Source: the human T2T-CHM13v2.0 reference genome, Homo sapiens. Taken from it: 64,000 bases of DNA. The translations under genes were made by a program, and so were the position numbers. The number at the start of each line of letters is the position of its first letter. Position 1 is the stretch's first letter. The stretch lies in the NCBI RefSeq assembly GCF_009914755.1, contig NC_060939.1; one strand, written 5' to 3'. The notes below the pieces were generated by a model. That model did no database searches. It was not told the origin of the DNA and worked only from the letters and a program-made list of their open reading frames with translations. Of this stretch, positions 43,811 through 57,856 are shown piece by piece.

Positions 43811-45471
43811 CTTTTTAAAATACATGCTAATAGAGGTCAGATGTTTACCACCATGGCAGAAAATGTGGTTTGAGACAGATTTGGGCATCATCAAATAATG
43901 ATGATTTTGTTCACCAGTCACAGTATCAGCATTTTTTAATGTTTTTACAACTAGCATGTGATTATTGCAGGCAAAGGGGTTTGGACTAATCATGGTAGGC
44001 TGGGAGAACCAGAGAGGACCTTTAGAATATTTGGAAATAAGGGGGGGATAGGAAAATTTGGGTCAATCCTTTATCTTTTTGTTGGGTAGCAATTAGTTTT
44101 CATGTTGTTCAGAGTATCATTCTGAAATGATCATACTCAAAGCTAAATTTTCTTTCATTTGGAGCAAAGGACTCTCACTCAAGGGCTGTCTGTATGAAAT
44201 GAGACCTAAAAAGGAAACTTCCTAAAAAGGAAATATTCTTTCATCTTTGTTAAGAACTGAAAGACATAAATGAAATAAAGTTTTATAAGCTTTATGAAAT
44301 CTTTTGCTGAATGTGGCTTTTTGGAAGGTCTGTACTAATAAATTGTTTCACAAGCAATTGAAAATGACGAAGAAAGTAATGCTGTCAAGTTGTTTGCTAT
44401 TTCCTAAGTATAAATACAAGATAATATAAGTAATAAGTCAACTTCTGGAGATAAGAGTTTACCTGTCATGACATCTTATGTAACAACTTATAACTGCCCA
44501 GGTTTTCAATAACAGACAAGGACACAGCAATTAAAGAAGAGTTTGGGAACACATTAACTCAATACAAGCAATAAAATTAAGGACATAAATTCATTTGCCT
44601 ACCACCTCTTGCATATTTATTTGTCACAAATGGTTTAATACAGATAGGGAGGGCAGTCTACCTAGCATCCCCATATTCCATGATTAGCTGGGAGGTGGCA
44701 ATTATCCGTGGCAATTAACACAGAGAGAAGGTAGAGGAGAGCAATTAACATCACAATTTCTGTGCTTTATGCAAGTCCAAATTGCCACCGATTTTTTAGT
44801 GGTAGTTTTATACAATTAGAACCTTCTGCCATTTGATGAGACCAAATCATTGGAATTTATTTTGAGAGCAATCTCACCTAGTGGGAACATCTCAAAAGCA
44901 TCAACCAAAATAATGGACATGTATTTAACAGAGGAAAACCTAAGACAGCAAAGTATGGAAAATTAACTCACTATGTAAAGCAGTTTTACCGAAATAACTT
45001 TGAAATTGTAGGTTTACAGTGATCTACCAAATATTGGTGGCTCTTCTGAAAGCACCATCAACAGATAGATCTGGTATGTGCTTCAGAACATCACTACTTT
45101 GCCAAGCCCCACTCTTGTCAGTAATGATCTTTTGCTCACATAGGTTGGGAACAGACTCACTTGCAAAGGTGAACACAAAGGTTAAATGATGCTGAAAAAA
45201 ATTTTAAGACGAATTCCCCATTTTACACGTTAGTTCTGGGTTTACAGAATCATAAAATTCCATCTGGCAGGGACCTTGAAGATCATCCAGCAATCCTTTC
45301 ATTTTCCAGGTGAGGAAGCTGAAACCCAGAGGAGGTAGAGGCTAGTTCAAGGTCATAGTCCTGGTTTGTTACTTAACTATTGGGTATATCAGCAGTGCTC
45401 CAGCTTATGAGAGAGAGAGAGAGACAGATTTCCCCCTTACATTCTACCAACTGGAAATTCCTTGAGATTAA

Positions 45472-45785
<314 letters not shown>

Positions 45786-45959
45786 TTTTTTTTTTTTTTT
45801 TGAAGGTGCTAAACCCATTGGTTATTTCCATATTAATGCCTTGAGTGCTTTTGACGGGCGATATCCAGATGCTTCTGTGAATGTGTAAAAGGGAGGTTTG
45901 TCTGAATCTATGTATGTGGAGAGAAGCAGAGAGACTCTATCTTGCAGGCATATAGGAGG

Positions 45960-46380
45960 CCTGCTGAACTTGCCATTGCATCTTGCCAGGTCGTAACTTA
46001 CTTCTTGCATGACCTTAAGCAAGTTATTCGATGTCTCTGAACTTCAACTTCTTCATCTATATAACCGGGATCATAACAATTGCTTCTAGGGTTGTTGTAA
46101 CTTAAATTTTAGGTTGTTAAACAAATTATGAAAATAACCAAGCAAAATGCCTGGCATTTAGCGGGTGCTCAATAAATTGAGTCATCTTTCTTTTCGTTGT
46201 CATTCACCACTCCTCCTACCAGAAACTTCTATTAAAACCAAAGTAGTTTTTCGACCTCTGCGTCTAAATTTTTTCATCCATAAATACAGATAAGATAACC
46301 TACTTCATACAATCATTGCTAAGATTCAATGTGACAAAATCTGCGAAAGTGCTTTGTGAAGTGTATGCTGCTACACACAA
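45960..46380 (+). mobile_element. Two adjacent MIR fragments
   Basis: tgaccttaagcaagtta...catctat...gcctggcatttagcgggtgctcaataaa; second core cctctgcgtctaaattttttcatccataaa. Confidence 0.7.
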
Positions 46381-46889
46381 AAGGAGTGAATGCTATTAAC
46401 CACATGTCAATATTCCAGACCCAACTTTCTGTTTTCTAATCTGCTTGAAATACCTTCATCTTTCCTCTCCAAGTACCTGATACTCTTCTTTAATCACCAA
46501 CTTGTATTCTTCTCCAGTAAAATTAACAAACAGATCTCAGGTATTTGATGTGTACTGGGGTGCTGTGTTGCTGCATAATGAAGCCCAGTCTCTCCGCTCT
46601 ACCCAGGGTGACCTCTCCCTCCATCCAACCCCCTTATAGTGATTGTTTATTATCTCATTTGTCACTTACCACATATTGTTAGCCACAGCCACCTTTTTGC
46701 TCTTACGTATTTGTTTTGTTCTACTAGACTACTGGACTCTTCGAGGACAGAATATTCTTTGGTTTTGCTTTTGCTTGTTTTTTGTTGCAAACTCCACAAG
46801 TCTAGCAGAGTACTTTGATCAGAGCAGGCTCATAATACCTAACTGTTGAATAGTCGACTGATTACAGTATTGAACTTGGCCAATAGTTT

Positions 46890-47419
46890 TGTTTTAGTTA
46901 CTCTGCTGACATTAAAAATTACCAGAAAACTTAGTAGTTTGAAACAACTATTTATTATGCTCATAGATCTGTAGGTCAGAAATTTGGACAGGCACAGAAA
47001 GAATGGTTTGTATTTGCTCCAAGATGTCTGATACTGAAAGAATTGAAGGCTGGAAGCTGGAATCATCTGAAGGCCTATTCACTCACAATTAATGCTAGCT
47101 GTCGGCTGGGAACTTAATAGCTGTTGACTGGAACATCTATACATGGGCCCTCCATGTGACCTTGGCTTCTTCACAATACTATGGCTGCATTCCAAAAGAG
47201 ATAGCCAGGCGGAAGCCGTATCCTTTCTATGACCTAGCTTCAGAAGTCACACAGCATCACTTCTGTTATACCCTACTGGCTGGAGAAGTGACAAGCCTAC
47301 TCAGGTTCAAGGAGAGGGGAAATAAACTCCATCTCTTAATGCAAAGTAGCCTGGTTCTATAAGAGCATGTAGGAGTGGAGATACTGCTTTGGCCATTTTG
47401 AACAATATAATCAGGCACA
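46890..47419 (-). mobile_element. MLT1 (F/G-like) MaLR solo LTR
   Basis: aaaacttagtagtttgaaacaac...ggtcagaaatttggacagg...gaagtcacacagcatcacttctg...ggcaca. Confidence 0.8.
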
Positions 47420-47885
47420 AAGATTTTATTGTCCTAATGAGACAACACCAAGTTTTTCTGTGTTTTAAATGTAAGGGAGTATCTTGCTCTTAAGTCTCTA
47501 AATATATGACCAGAAACCTAGAGGCCATTTGTTTTACAAATTGAGAGAGGCATGGAAAAGACATGGATGCAGTAAGCATGAGTCCAAGCAAGTACTTCTC
47601 TCTAGCAAATGGTCAACTAGATATTCAGAGAGACAAAAAGGCCTGCACTCCTATGACTGGCAAACCATCAGTTACTATTTAAGTAATAGGTAATTAGTTC
47701 TGCATTTGGCATTTCTTTGGAGCTTCTTTTGCTCCCACGAAGTGCCTTAACCCTGTTGACACAGCAAAACTAGCTCCCTGGTTGATTGCCCTGTTTAAGA
47801 GCTGACCCTTTCCTTAGTTCAAATAGCAATCCATTCAGGATGCTGTCGTGCCAAATAGCTTATGATGATTGCATGACTAAGGGAG

Positions 47886-48650
47886 TATATTAGTCTGAGT
47901 TCTCCTGAGAAACAGAACCAACAGGATATATATCTATATCTATATCTGTACTGAGAGAAAGAAAGATTTACTGTAAGGAATTGGCTCATGTGATTATGGA
48001 GGTAAAGTCCAAGAGATGTAGTCAGCAAGCTGGAAACCCAGGAGAGTCAATGGTATGGTTGCAGTCCGAGTCCAAACACCTGACAATCAAAAGTGCCAAT
48101 AGTGTAAGTTCCAGTTCAAGTATGAGTCCAAAGGCAGAACACCCATGTTCCAACTTAAAAACAGTCCATCAAGGAGCATTCTCTCTTACTCAGGGGAGGG
48201 TCAGGCTTTTATTCGATTCAGACCTTCAACAGATTGGATGTGGCCCACCCACACTGGGGAGGGCAATCTACTGTACCCATTTTACCAAACCAAATGTTAA
48301 TCTCAGCCAGCCCAGTGGCTCATACCTGTAATCCCAGCACTTTGGGAGACTGAGGCAAGCAGACCACTTGAGCTTGGGAGTTTAAGACTAGCCTAGGCAA
48401 CATGGCAAAAATCTGTCTACAAAAAAATACAAAAATTAGCCAGGCATGGTCGTGTATGCCTGTAGCCCCAGCTAGTTGGGAGGCTGAGGTGGGAGGATCA
48501 TCTGAGCCCTGGAGGTCAAGGCTGCCGTGAGCCATGATCACACCCTGGACAATAGAGCAAGATCCTGTTAACACCCCCAACCCACAAAAAAACGATGTTA
48601 ATCTCATCCGGTAATACCCTTATGGACACACCAAGGTTAACCAAATATCA
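47886..48650 (-). mobile_element. MLT2B-like ERVL LTR interrupted by an Alu
   Basis: tattagtc...agaaacagaaccaacagga...aaggaattggctcatgtgattatggagg...gattggatgtggcccacccacact. Confidence 0.85.
48306..48594 (+). mobile_element. AluJ (right arm with a small internal deletion)
   Basis: TSD atgttaatctca at 48294-48305 and 48595-48606. Confidence 0.93.
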
Positions 48651-48874
48651 TTTCTAGCAGCAACATCAACATCTGTGCAGTTTCCCAAAGTGTGTTCTAC
48701 AGAATACAAGTCCAAAGGGATGCTAATAGGTAATTTTCAGTAAAAAGGTCTGTGAAAAAAAATACTGGGTTAAACCTCAAACCCAAATGAAGAATGTTTT
48801 ATTATGAAGGAGAGGGAGAGCTAAATTCTTCAAAAATGTCAATGTCATAAAAGACAAAGAAAGGTCATCATAAC

Positions 48875-49296
48875 AGTATGCTTCTCAGATCTCCTGTCAA
48901 GAAAGAACCTGCTGCAAGGAATGCAATTGACCTCTGGATGCCACATCTTTGAATTGGTCACAGAATTTCTGCTGAGACCACACCCCTGCAGCCTGCTCCT
49001 AACCAATAACTGAGCATGGAGAGGGAATTACATTTGTCATTCCTGCCCAATGAAGGGCTCCTCTAAGGAGAAATCTTTGCTTTGGAGCTCCTGGTGGACC
49101 TGGCTGAGACTGTCTCATGGCTGCTCTACAGTCTCAGCCTCTTCCCACTTAATCTTCCTTCACCCCCATCTCCCTTCACAGGTGTCAGACCTGCATCTCA
49201 GCCTGAGGCACTCTGTGCCTACTTCTACTCTCTTCCCACTTTGTCATTCACAGGCATTTTTCCCAACAAATATTTTTTACTTTTAATCCTGGCTTG
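48875..49296 (+). mobile_element. LTR16-like ERVL solo LTR within an L1MC 3' piece
   Basis: cattcctgcccaa...cccttcacaggtgtcagacctgcatc...cacaggcatttt; L1MC-like flanks (48825-48865, 49300-49410). Confidence 0.65.
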
Positions 49297-50137
49297 ACAG
49301 GATGAAATATTAACAATAGTGAATCTAGGCAAAGGATACATGGATGTTCTTGGTACTATTCTTATTGCAAGTTTTCAGTAAGTTTGAAATTATTTCCAAA
49401 TTAAAAAGCTAAAGGAAAGAAAAAAGAAATATAAGGTCTAGAGAAGCGGAAAAGAAACTCTGAGTTAAAAAATAAAATAGGTTTTCTTAACACAAGACTT
49501 CTTGGAACCTTTCTACAGAGGTTATATAATGTTTACCAATACGTATTGGCCACTAAAAGCTTGTTTGTGTGTAAATCATGAGGGTCAACAGTTCCAAAGA
49601 ACCCATTGGAACAGAGGTCAGTAAGCCCAACTGAGGCATGAAGCCCCGAATTCAACTTCCACCCCTGCAATAATACTAGAATTCCTGGTTTCCAGAGGAA
49701 AGTAGTTTTATTTAATCAGCCCTCTTGCAATATTGTCTTTCTATTTGTGTTAAAGGTGTAAAATACAGGGGAAAAAAATCTGTGATTATAGCATATTTTC
49801 AAGGGTTCAACCACAGTTGAGGATATAACTTCATAACTATGAACAGCATAGCATGTTATATCATGAACACATAATGAGTTATGAGGACGTAACTTCCTAA
49901 CAACAGACATAATCTCAGATGGTCATGAACAGCGCTAACTATAGAAAAGATAGGAAAACACTGGACAAAATCTACTCTCTCCAGGAGTGCTCTATGATGC
50001 CAAATTTTCTTCATTCTTTCTGATCAAATTGGTTGCTTATCAAGCGCTATAGTATCTTTTACAATAAGGGTTTTATTTGAAATGTTCTGCTATTTGTATG
50101 AGCATAAATCCTAACAATACATGGAATTAACAAAAGA

Positions 50138-50445
50138 GGCCGGGCACAGTAGTTCATGCCTATAATACCAGCACTTTGGGAGGGTGAGGCAGGAGGATCG
50201 CTTGAGACCAGGAGTTTGAGACTAGCCTGGGCAACATAGCAAGAGCTCATCTATACTAAAACAACATTTAAAAATTAGCCAGGTGCGGTGGTGCACGCCT
50301 GTAGTCTCAGTTACTTGGAAGGCTGAGGTGGGAGGACTGCTTGAGCCCAGGAGTTCGAGGTTGTAATGAGCTATGATTGCATCACTGCACTCCAGCCTCA
50401 GCAGCAGAATGAGACCCTACCTCAAATAAATAAATAAATAACTTT
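50138..50445 (+). mobile_element. AluJ with (TAAA)n tail
   Basis: ggaggatcgcttgag / gagcccaggagttcgagg J-type features; aattaacaaa duplicated on the flanks. Confidence 0.95.
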
Positions 50446-50499
50446 TAAAATTAACAAAGAAAGCCTGTGATTAGTAAATTTTAAAATTCACCTTACCTA

Positions 50500-51120
50500 G
50501 AAAAGCACCAGAATGGATAAAAGTAAGGATAAATATAATAGACTCTCCTTATTCTCCTGAATTTTTAAAATCATTTGACTATTGAAGCAAAGACTGTAAT
50601 ACCATCTGATGTGGTGCTCAATATATGTACAGGAAATACTTAAGACAATTATATTTTTCAAGTGGGGAAGACAAAGGACCTAAATGGAAGTAAGGTTTAT
50701 TTCATGCCTATAACATTCCTAAAATGACAAAATTATAGAGATGGAGAACAGATTAGTGGTTGCCATGGGTTGGGGTGGTGGGTAGGCAGGGAGAGAGCTA
50801 TAAAAAGTGTAGCGTGAGGGAACCTTGTGATAGGTTTTGCATCTTGTATCTTTTGTGTCTTGACTATAGTGGCGGCCTTACCAATCTACTCATGATAAAA
50901 TTGCATAGAGCTAAATACATACAGACACACACACACAAACACACACACATAGAGGTAAAACTGGGGAACTCTGAATAAAGTCTGCAGACTCTATCAATGT
51001 GAACTTCCTGGTTGTGATATTGTACTATGGTTATGCAAGATGAAGAAACTAGGTGAAAGGTATACAGGATCTCTTGGTATTATTTCTTCCAATTGCATGT
51101 TATCTCAAAATAAAAAGTTC
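50500..51120 (+). mobile_element. L1M fragments including an L1MC/MD-type 3' end
   Basis: gacaaaattatagagatggagaacagattagtggttgcca...ctggttgtgatattgtact...tctcaaaataaaaagtt. Confidence 0.8.
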
Positions 51121-52549
51121 ATGTGCATACACACACACACACACACAATTTAACTTTTTATAATGCATTAACATTTACCTTTCCTAAGGAATAGATGTGC
51201 ATTTTAATGGCACCAACTGGAGACAGTGTCTTTATCCAGAAAAGCAGTTCAAATGGCTGGCTTCCTTACAGTATCTATGATAGACCCAAGGGATAGATAT
51301 TTTTGTGCAGGCAAGTCTGTTGGTAATGTTCGAATCTCACGACATCAGCAGCTGCCTACTCCACCTACTCCCTTCAGTGGATTGAAAATAAAAGTTAGTT
51401 CTTATTCATGAAGAGCTGTGCTTAGCCTTGTCCAACTTGGGAACTGATTTCTGTACATTTCCCTGTGTTATAGAGTGAAACTTAAACAGACAACTGTTTT
51501 ATTCTAATTTCTCTCTTTTGAAGATGAAAGAACAGGTCTATTCTTGAAATACATGTCCCAGGCCTCAAAGTATGAGAAATAAAAAAGCTGAATTGAAATG
51601 GGTGTGTAAAAGCTTCCTCCCTTCCCCTCCTCCCTGATGCTATTGGAGGAGTAAAAGCCTTTTTCTCTGTTGACAATCAATCAACAAATATTTACAACCT
51701 TTCAACAAGCTTTTTCCACCATTACTAGATCATTAGAAAGGACTTCAAACTCCCTGGCCCTTTTAAAGGCATTAAGGATTTAGCTGCAGAAAGACGAAAC
51801 CACACACAGTTTAATAGAGTTCCCACTCTGCTCCCATACTGCAACCACAGGTAGCTTTTAAGAATCAATTTGTGGTTCTGGACAAATGGTCTAGACTAGA
51901 ATGAGAACCCAGGACAGAAGCAACTAGAAAAGGAGGTAGGCAATTAGAAAATTCTAGCTATTCTTAGAATTTTACTCAATTATATTAAACTAAAAAAAAA
52001 AAGTATATTAAACTATAACATAAACATTCCTCACTAGTTTTGCTTCTTATTTGAATGATTAAAAGTGCTAAGCAATTAAAATATCTAGTAATTTGCCTTT
52101 ATTAATAACCTATGGTCGAAAGATGACAAACGATCTACTTAAAATGCTGATTTCATTATTTCCTTGCATGTCTCAGCAGCTCTGCAGGTTAGAAATGCTG
52201 TGTTTATTCACAAGATTGTGTTTCTTCTTTCAGTAGTTCATGAGTTCCACATCTGAGTACTTAAAACCTCACTGAGTGTGGAGGAGAGGGTGTAGACAGG
52301 AACCCTCTGTACTGTCTGCTCAATTTTCTGTAACCCTAAAACTTTTCTAAAAAAACAAAGCCTATTAATTTAAAAACGAAGCAGAAAAACAAACAAAAAG
52401 AGCCTTAACTCTAGAGAGCCAGAGTTAAGGCTACAAATAGATCTAAATGACTTCCTTATTTTGTGTGCTGATATCCTGGATTCCTTTCCTTTCAAGCAGT
52501 GGAAACAAAAGTCTGCCCCCCGCTCTGCTTCTCCAACCCACACCAAAAA

Positions 52550-52812
52550 AATGTGCTGGTTTTATTTTGGAAGGAATCTTCTGATAGAAGTGGAAAGAAG
52601 GAGCTGGAGGAGGAGATCCTGAGAATGTCACGAAGGGTAGAAAGGAGGACAAACCAGGATGGTTCTTAAGGACCACACTGCTTCAAGAGGAGAATAAGAT
52701 GGAACTGGCAGATACAGGTTGCTGAAGAAGAGACGGATCATCTGAGAAAGCTCCTGGACCCCAGGGTCAATCAGCCTCTTTGCTTTCTCTAGTAGAGAAA
52801 TGGCCAAATCCA
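52550..52812 (-). other. Candidate terminal exon (probably non-coding transcript)
   Basis: Minus strand: ttttttcttctttctttccAG acceptor (AG = 52814-52813), AATAAA at 52566-52561, then a U/GU-rich tract. No transcript evidence available. Confidence 0.35.
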
Positions 52813-54498
52813 CTGGAAAGAAAGAAGAAAAAAGCATTCTGCACGGGCATGTGGCACATTCAGGCCTCAGAGACAGCGCTAACAAGACTGGAAGATGGTT
52901 CTGTGGCTGGTGGCTGGGTCAGGAAACTAGTGTTGTCAGACACAGCGGTGAAGTCTGTGGGAAAGACTGCAGTTCCTGAGACCCCTACCCCTCAGGGATT
53001 CCCCTCCACTGTCTGAGCAGAGGAAAGGATTGAATTGAGATAGAAGTTCCCACAGGTCATGGGCAAGAGGAGCTGAAAAATCAATTTGCTACAGTAGGAC
53101 TTCCCAGCTCTATCCCATGACTGGTGTGGCCTCAGGGAAATACCTGTTAAGTAAGTAATCACTGAAATGATTCACCAAATCATGCAGTGGTGTTAAAATG
53201 CTGCATCCTTTGTAATAAAAAATCCCCACTAATTTTTTAAAAAATAAACTTACTTTCAGAGAATCAGATGATGTAACCCATTTCAGAGAGAGGCAAAGGG
53301 GAAGACGGCCATGTTCCAGCTGCCTCACTTTCCAATACCGAAAAGACCTTTCCGGGACATCAAACCAATTGGACCTAAAATCCTGGGACTTCTGCCTCTA
53401 CTATAGACCCATTTCATGGCCCTGGGCAAGAAGCTTCACTCCAAGGTCTTCTTTTCAACTGTCTGTAAAATGTGGATAATGTCTCCCCAGAAGTAACCAC
53501 CACATCTATGTGCCACTGGGGACACATAATCAGCTATGCATATACATCAAACTCTTAATGCACAGGGTAGAGTTTAGGATGTGAGATGCCAACATCTAAT
53601 CTGAAACCTCAGACTTTTAGAGTGGGTCACATGGACTTCTCAGAAATGTCAGTTATTCCATTTCCCCAATCCTAAAAACCTAGAAGTGTGTAACATGTTC
53701 ATTTCCTATCACGGGTCAGTGTGGAAGAAGCAACATCTGGGGGTTTCCACAGTTCTTGCACAGTTCAAGGGAGTGGAGATAATATTGGGATTCCCAGCAG
53801 CAACCTCAGCAGTAGAGCTTCAGGATTATATATGGTGTGCATTCAGAATTGTCAATCAACTTTCAATGCACAAGAAGCAGTTTGCAGATCAAACCATAAG
53901 GGCTAATTGCTGCTTTCTATCCTACTTTGCCAGATAAAATTAGGATGACAGCTAATGCCAAAGTCCTAGACAAAACTCCAAGCCCACTCACCTCCAGGTT
54001 CTCTTCTGTGTCCAAAAAATGTGTTTTGACTTCCAAATATTCCCATTCTGTTGCCTTGTAAGTGAACATAGCTCACTTACGCAAATGCTGGGAGCATATG
54101 GAAAGCCTGCCAGCCATAGGCACTCACCTCTGGAAACTGTCTAGACTATTTCCCTTAGAGAGGTGAAGAAATCTGCCCAAGGTTACACAGCCAGTAACTG
54201 GCAAAACTGGGGTTCAAATGTAAGTTTGCCTAACTGCACAGCCTGAGTGAGGATGATTGCATTAACTGGCTCCTAAGTGATCCTGTAAAGGGAAAACAAT
54301 TCTGCCAATTTGGTTTGGCAGGTGACCTGGTCCAGGCTAAGAGCCCCAGTGCTCAAGAGGCTAATAATAAAACACACAAAGAATCTTAGGCCCAGATTGC
54401 TCTCAAAATGTCAAGAGTTGTCATTATTTTACCTGCCAGAACATATCTCGTCTGCCCATATTCTACAGTGTTCAGGTCGCTAGTTACTAAATAGTATT

Positions 54499-54880
<382 letters not shown>

Positions 54881-56354
54881 TAATAAAACATATTTCTTGC
54901 CCTCTGGCAACATAAGTCTAAGGGGCTGGAGGTGGGAGTGCAGATATGAAAAGTAAAGTAGAAACACAAATATTTATTCAGCCCAGAGTAAGATAAATGT
55001 CATGAGAAAAAAAGAAGTCCTGTGGAAGGATAGGTACTACCAAAATGATTTTTCCTAAAGTCCCTTAAGTTCTTTGCCATCAAGTCAACCCAAATTTATC
55101 TCATAGTAACTTATAAATCAGTCACTTTACCTGAGTAGAAGTCGCCTGCAAACAGTCTTGACTTGCTATTCCAATAAGCCCCTCTTTCTTCTGTTTTCAT
55201 AACAGAGAAGTAAAATTCTCCACTGGTACTTTTTTTTATCCTTTTTCCTGAGCATTCTTAACATGTTAAGACTTAGTTCAGATATTTTGAAGAACAACAT
55301 AATTGGCAGGAATGTGATCAAGAGCCCTGTTCACTAGGAATGTACGCACAATTTATGTGGCCAACTTATGTTGCTTTCAGTGGCATATTCTCAAGTCACG
55401 TAGAGGTAGCTTGAAGATTAGTGCACACACACACACACACACAAATATTCTTTTTTTTGCTCAGATTGTTACAGCAATATAGTAAGACCATTCCTCTGCT
55501 GAGCTCATGTCAGCATTTCCAATGTAACCCTATTTTGTCAAGTCTTTCAGACTTGGCTGTGAATCTGCCCTGTGGGTATGAAATTAAGGAGACAGGACTA
55601 TAAGACCATTTTGATCAGATTTTTGTAAGTTTCCCTGTCTGTGAGCTATCTGCTCATTACATGATACCCACCGAAGGCTGCACAATTCTTAAGCTATTGT
55701 GTTTCTAAAATGAAATGGAATCATGAAATTATCTACCTGATAACCAAGAGAGGGTTTAGTATTGCTACTTAGGAATCAATTAGGAAACAGTTGCTCTGAT
55801 TCTTTATAATTATATCTAAAACACCCTTAAGTTGCATAAAAATAGAACATGAGATTTAATCTCAATTTTTTATGAAATATAACCGTGTTATATTTTCTTC
55901 CCTTCATGAGATCAAACATTTTACGCTCTAAAATCTGGGGATAACAAAAATTCTGTACACACTTATTCTCACCTTCGAGTGATATGATTCACTCTGTTAC
56001 TCAATTATTCAGAGGCAATAGGTTCCATAATCTCCAGACAATTACTCTAAGATTGGTTCCGTCGAAAGTACAGAGATAGCTTTCTCATTTCTCTTAGTAG
56101 TGTCAGGATTGGATGTGCTTTTAGAGATGAGACAATATGAGAAGCCCACAGATAGGAGTTTTGCCTTTGGTTTCTGTAGGTGCAGAGAAAAACAGATTGG
56201 TGTTGAGGAAAGTGCATGGACTCTGGGTCAACCAACCTAGGGTTAAGTGTCAATTTTGCCACGATGTGACCAAGGGCATATATATCAACCTTGGCTTCCT
56301 TAACCTCTAGCCAATGAAAATAACACTTCACTTATAAGGGGTTCAAGTGGTTAG

Positions 56355-57000
56355 GATTCACTCAATTATTTACTTACTAAGTATTTGGAAGAAGTTTTAC
56401 TACGTGCCAAGCACATAAGCCTTGGAACCACAGGTACAATCCCTGCATTGGTGGAGCTTCCAGTCAGCTGGGGAGACAAATTTGAATCAAATAGTGACCC
56501 AAATAAAAGTAAAAAGGTAGAATTACAAAATGGCATGTGCTACAAAGGTGCGTGCTGTTTTGAGAACATATCAACTTCACACCAAAACCAAGGAGACTTT
56601 AAGTGAGTGATATTTGAGGTAAATCTGAAGGATGAGGAAGTACTGGCTAGATAGAGTGGGGGATGCTTGGGTGGGAGGGGCAATATTCCAGGCAGAGAGA
56701 TTAGCATGTGCAAAGGCCCAGCAGCAGGAAGAAGCATGGCACTTAAACAAAGTGAGTGGAGGGGAATGTGGAGCTAGAGGAGGTAAGGGTCAGAACTGAC
56801 AGAATCTTATAGATACAGGGATCCTATTAACAGCACTCCTCTTAACTCTCAAAAGTGTTCCCATTTGGATAATTACATGATCATGCTACTCATAGGCCAC
56901 ATTAATCATTTTGACCCTTTTTCTTGAAGGCAGTAAAGAGTTTTAAGCACATGAACAACACAATAAGATTACGGATTTAGAAAGCCAAGTTGTGGAGAAT
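56355..57000 (-). mobile_element. L2 (preceded by a MIR fragment at ~56190-56350)
   Basis: tacgtgccaagcac...gagcttccagtcagctgggg...tattccaggcagag...agcatgtgcaaaggccc. Confidence 0.8.
56825..56888 (-). mobile_element. MER94-like (hAT-Blackjack) half element inside L2
   Basis: tattaacagcactcctcttaactctcaaaagtgttcccatttggat...atgatcatgcta resembles a MER94 end. Confidence 0.55.
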
Positions 57001-57176
57001 AAATCACTATACCTGAGGTCTCTCCTATGACTGCATGTTTCTTATCAGCCTCATGTGGAACCACAGCCTGAAAAGTGTTGTATTGCCAACTTATTCAAGT
57101 AGAATACAAATAGCTGTCTTCCACAAATAGACTTCTGATCAAGTTTTAAGAACCAATTTTAAGGTATGGTCAATGC

Positions 57177-57856
57177 CGTATTAGCCAGGGTTCTCAAGGG
57201 AAACGGAACTGGATGTATGCATATATGTGTATAGAGAGAGGTGGTTGGGGGAGGGTGGGGAGGGAGAGACTGACCGATTTTAAGGAATTGGCTCACATGA
57301 TTGTGGAGCTGATTGAGGAAGTTGGCAAATCCAAAATCTGCAGGCTACCCAGGGAAGAGCTGCAGTTGAGTCTGAAGGCAGTGTGCTGGCAGAATTCCCT
57401 CTTCTTTGGAGATCAGTCTTTTTTTCTAGGGCCTTCAGTTGATCGGATGAGGCCCACCCATATTATGAAGGGTAATCTGCTTTATTCAATGTCTACAGAC
57501 TGAATGTTGATCTCATCTAAAAAGCACCTCACAGAAACATCTAGAATACAGCCTGGCCAACATGGTGAAACCCCATCTCTACTAAAAATACAAAAATTAG
57601 CTGGGTACAGTGGCATGTGCCTGTGATCCCAGTTACTCAGGAGGCTGAGGCAAAACAATTGCTTGAACCCAGGAGGCAGAGGTTGCAGTGAGCCAAGACG
57701 GGACCACTGCTCTCCAGCCCAGATGACAGAGTGAGACTCCATCTCAAAAAAAAAGAAAAAGAAAGAAAGGAAAAAAAGAAACATCTAGAATAATGTTTGA
57801 CCAAATATCTGAGTGCTGTAGCCTAGCTAAGTTGACTCGTAATATTAACCATCACA
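57177..57856 (-). mobile_element. MLT2 (C/D-like) ERVL solo LTR interrupted by an Alu
   Basis: gtattagccagggttctc...aaggaattggctcacatgattgtgg...gatgaggcccaccca...attaaccatcaca. Confidence 0.88.
57549..57776 (+). mobile_element. 5'-truncated AluS
   Basis: Starts at cagcctggccaacatgg; perfect 16-bp TSD agaaacatctagaata (57533-57548, 57777-57792). Confidence 0.95.
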
